Source of the DNA: Lama guanicoe
Lineage: Eukaryota
DNA: 64,000 nt
Direction: 5' to 3'
NCBI GenBank assembly: GCA_013239625.1
Contig: MU055609.1
Span: 4,662,106 to 4,726,105, forward strand
Positions 63,323 to 64,000 of this stretch are shown one piece after another. Under the pieces are notes generated by a model. That model saw only the letters and a program-made list of their open reading frames with translations. It did not search any database and was not told the origin of the DNA. Position numbers and translations under genes: made by a program. How positions within the stretch are numbered: the stretch's first letter is position 1; each line of letters begins with the position of its first letter.

Positions 63323-64000
63323 GTACTGTACCTTTTCATGTTCTCTCCCCTCACTCGGCCACCCTTGACCCCAGCTGGATTTTGACTCAAATCAAAATAT
63401 GGGAGAAGGATTGGGAGGTGAAGGGACAAATTTCACGTGGGAGGCAGCTTATAAGCAGGTCCCCAGAGAGGGCCCTGTGTCTGCTTGGTGCCCTGTGCAG
63501 CCCCTCCCAGTATTTCACCTGCCTCTCCTCTTGGGCTTTGGGCAGTTCTGGAGCTCAGAGGGCAACAGCAGAAGCAGCAGGGTGGGAATACAGGGTTTCC
63601 GCTATTCTAGAGAAGGTGGTAACGCCCCAGCCCCTCCCTTCCAGTCCCTTCTTGGAAAAGGGTCTTCCTCCTTAATGAAGTTAATTGACAACGTGCATTT
63701 TTTTTTTCCTGCAAGCTTTTGAGAATTGCCAAGGCTGGTAAATATAATCCTGCTGTTAAGGGGAGAAATGGCCCATAGGAATGCTTAGATCAGGGGCCCG
63801 GATGCAGCGAGAAGGACATTTGTGAGTTTTTAAGCACTGTCTGCCAGTGTTGCAGACCCAACTCAAAACAAGAAAGGATTTGTTTATGTAATTAGAAAAG
63901 TGGTCTGCTGACAGGGAGGGCTTTTCAGCCTGGGGGTTGTGTGCCTTATGCTGGCCCATTAAGGGGGGGCAATCCTAGGTGGTCTGGAGAAATCGGCCCC

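Noticed and set aside
63076-63675. 199-aa plus-strand ORF over exon 7
   Set aside because: Wrong frame relative to SSBP3 and no independent coding signal.
1-64000. CRISPR arrays, operons, prophage or defence systems
   Set aside because: The sequence is mammalian intronic DNA; no repeat-spacer arrays or prokaryotic gene organisation seen.

Overview
Mammalian nuclear DNA, most likely camelid (three copies of the tRNA-Ala-derived Vic-1-type SINE; I recognised no Alu, B1/B2 or Bov-tA SINEs). The whole window lies inside SSBP3 (single-stranded DNA-binding protein 3, LDB1/LIM-homeodomain cofactor) on the + strand. Two coding exons are visible: 41111-41200 ([30 protein letters not shown], exon 5 by human numbering) and 63263-63322 ([20 protein letters not shown], exon 7, not shown in frame by the ORF track). 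The intervening cassette exon 6 is not visible and probably lies under the N-run at 62148-62375. The rest is intron: old MIR/L2/L1/MER repeats, microsatellites, six N-runs and several motif-dense candidate enhancers. Nearly all listed ORFs are chance ORFs. I found no new multi-gene system. The best leads are a pri-miRNA-like hairpin (26674-26753), complementary GC boxes around the hidden exon, a frameshifting cryptic donor after exon 5 and a CACGTG cluster. Repeat families and protein identity were recognised from memory, not from database searches.
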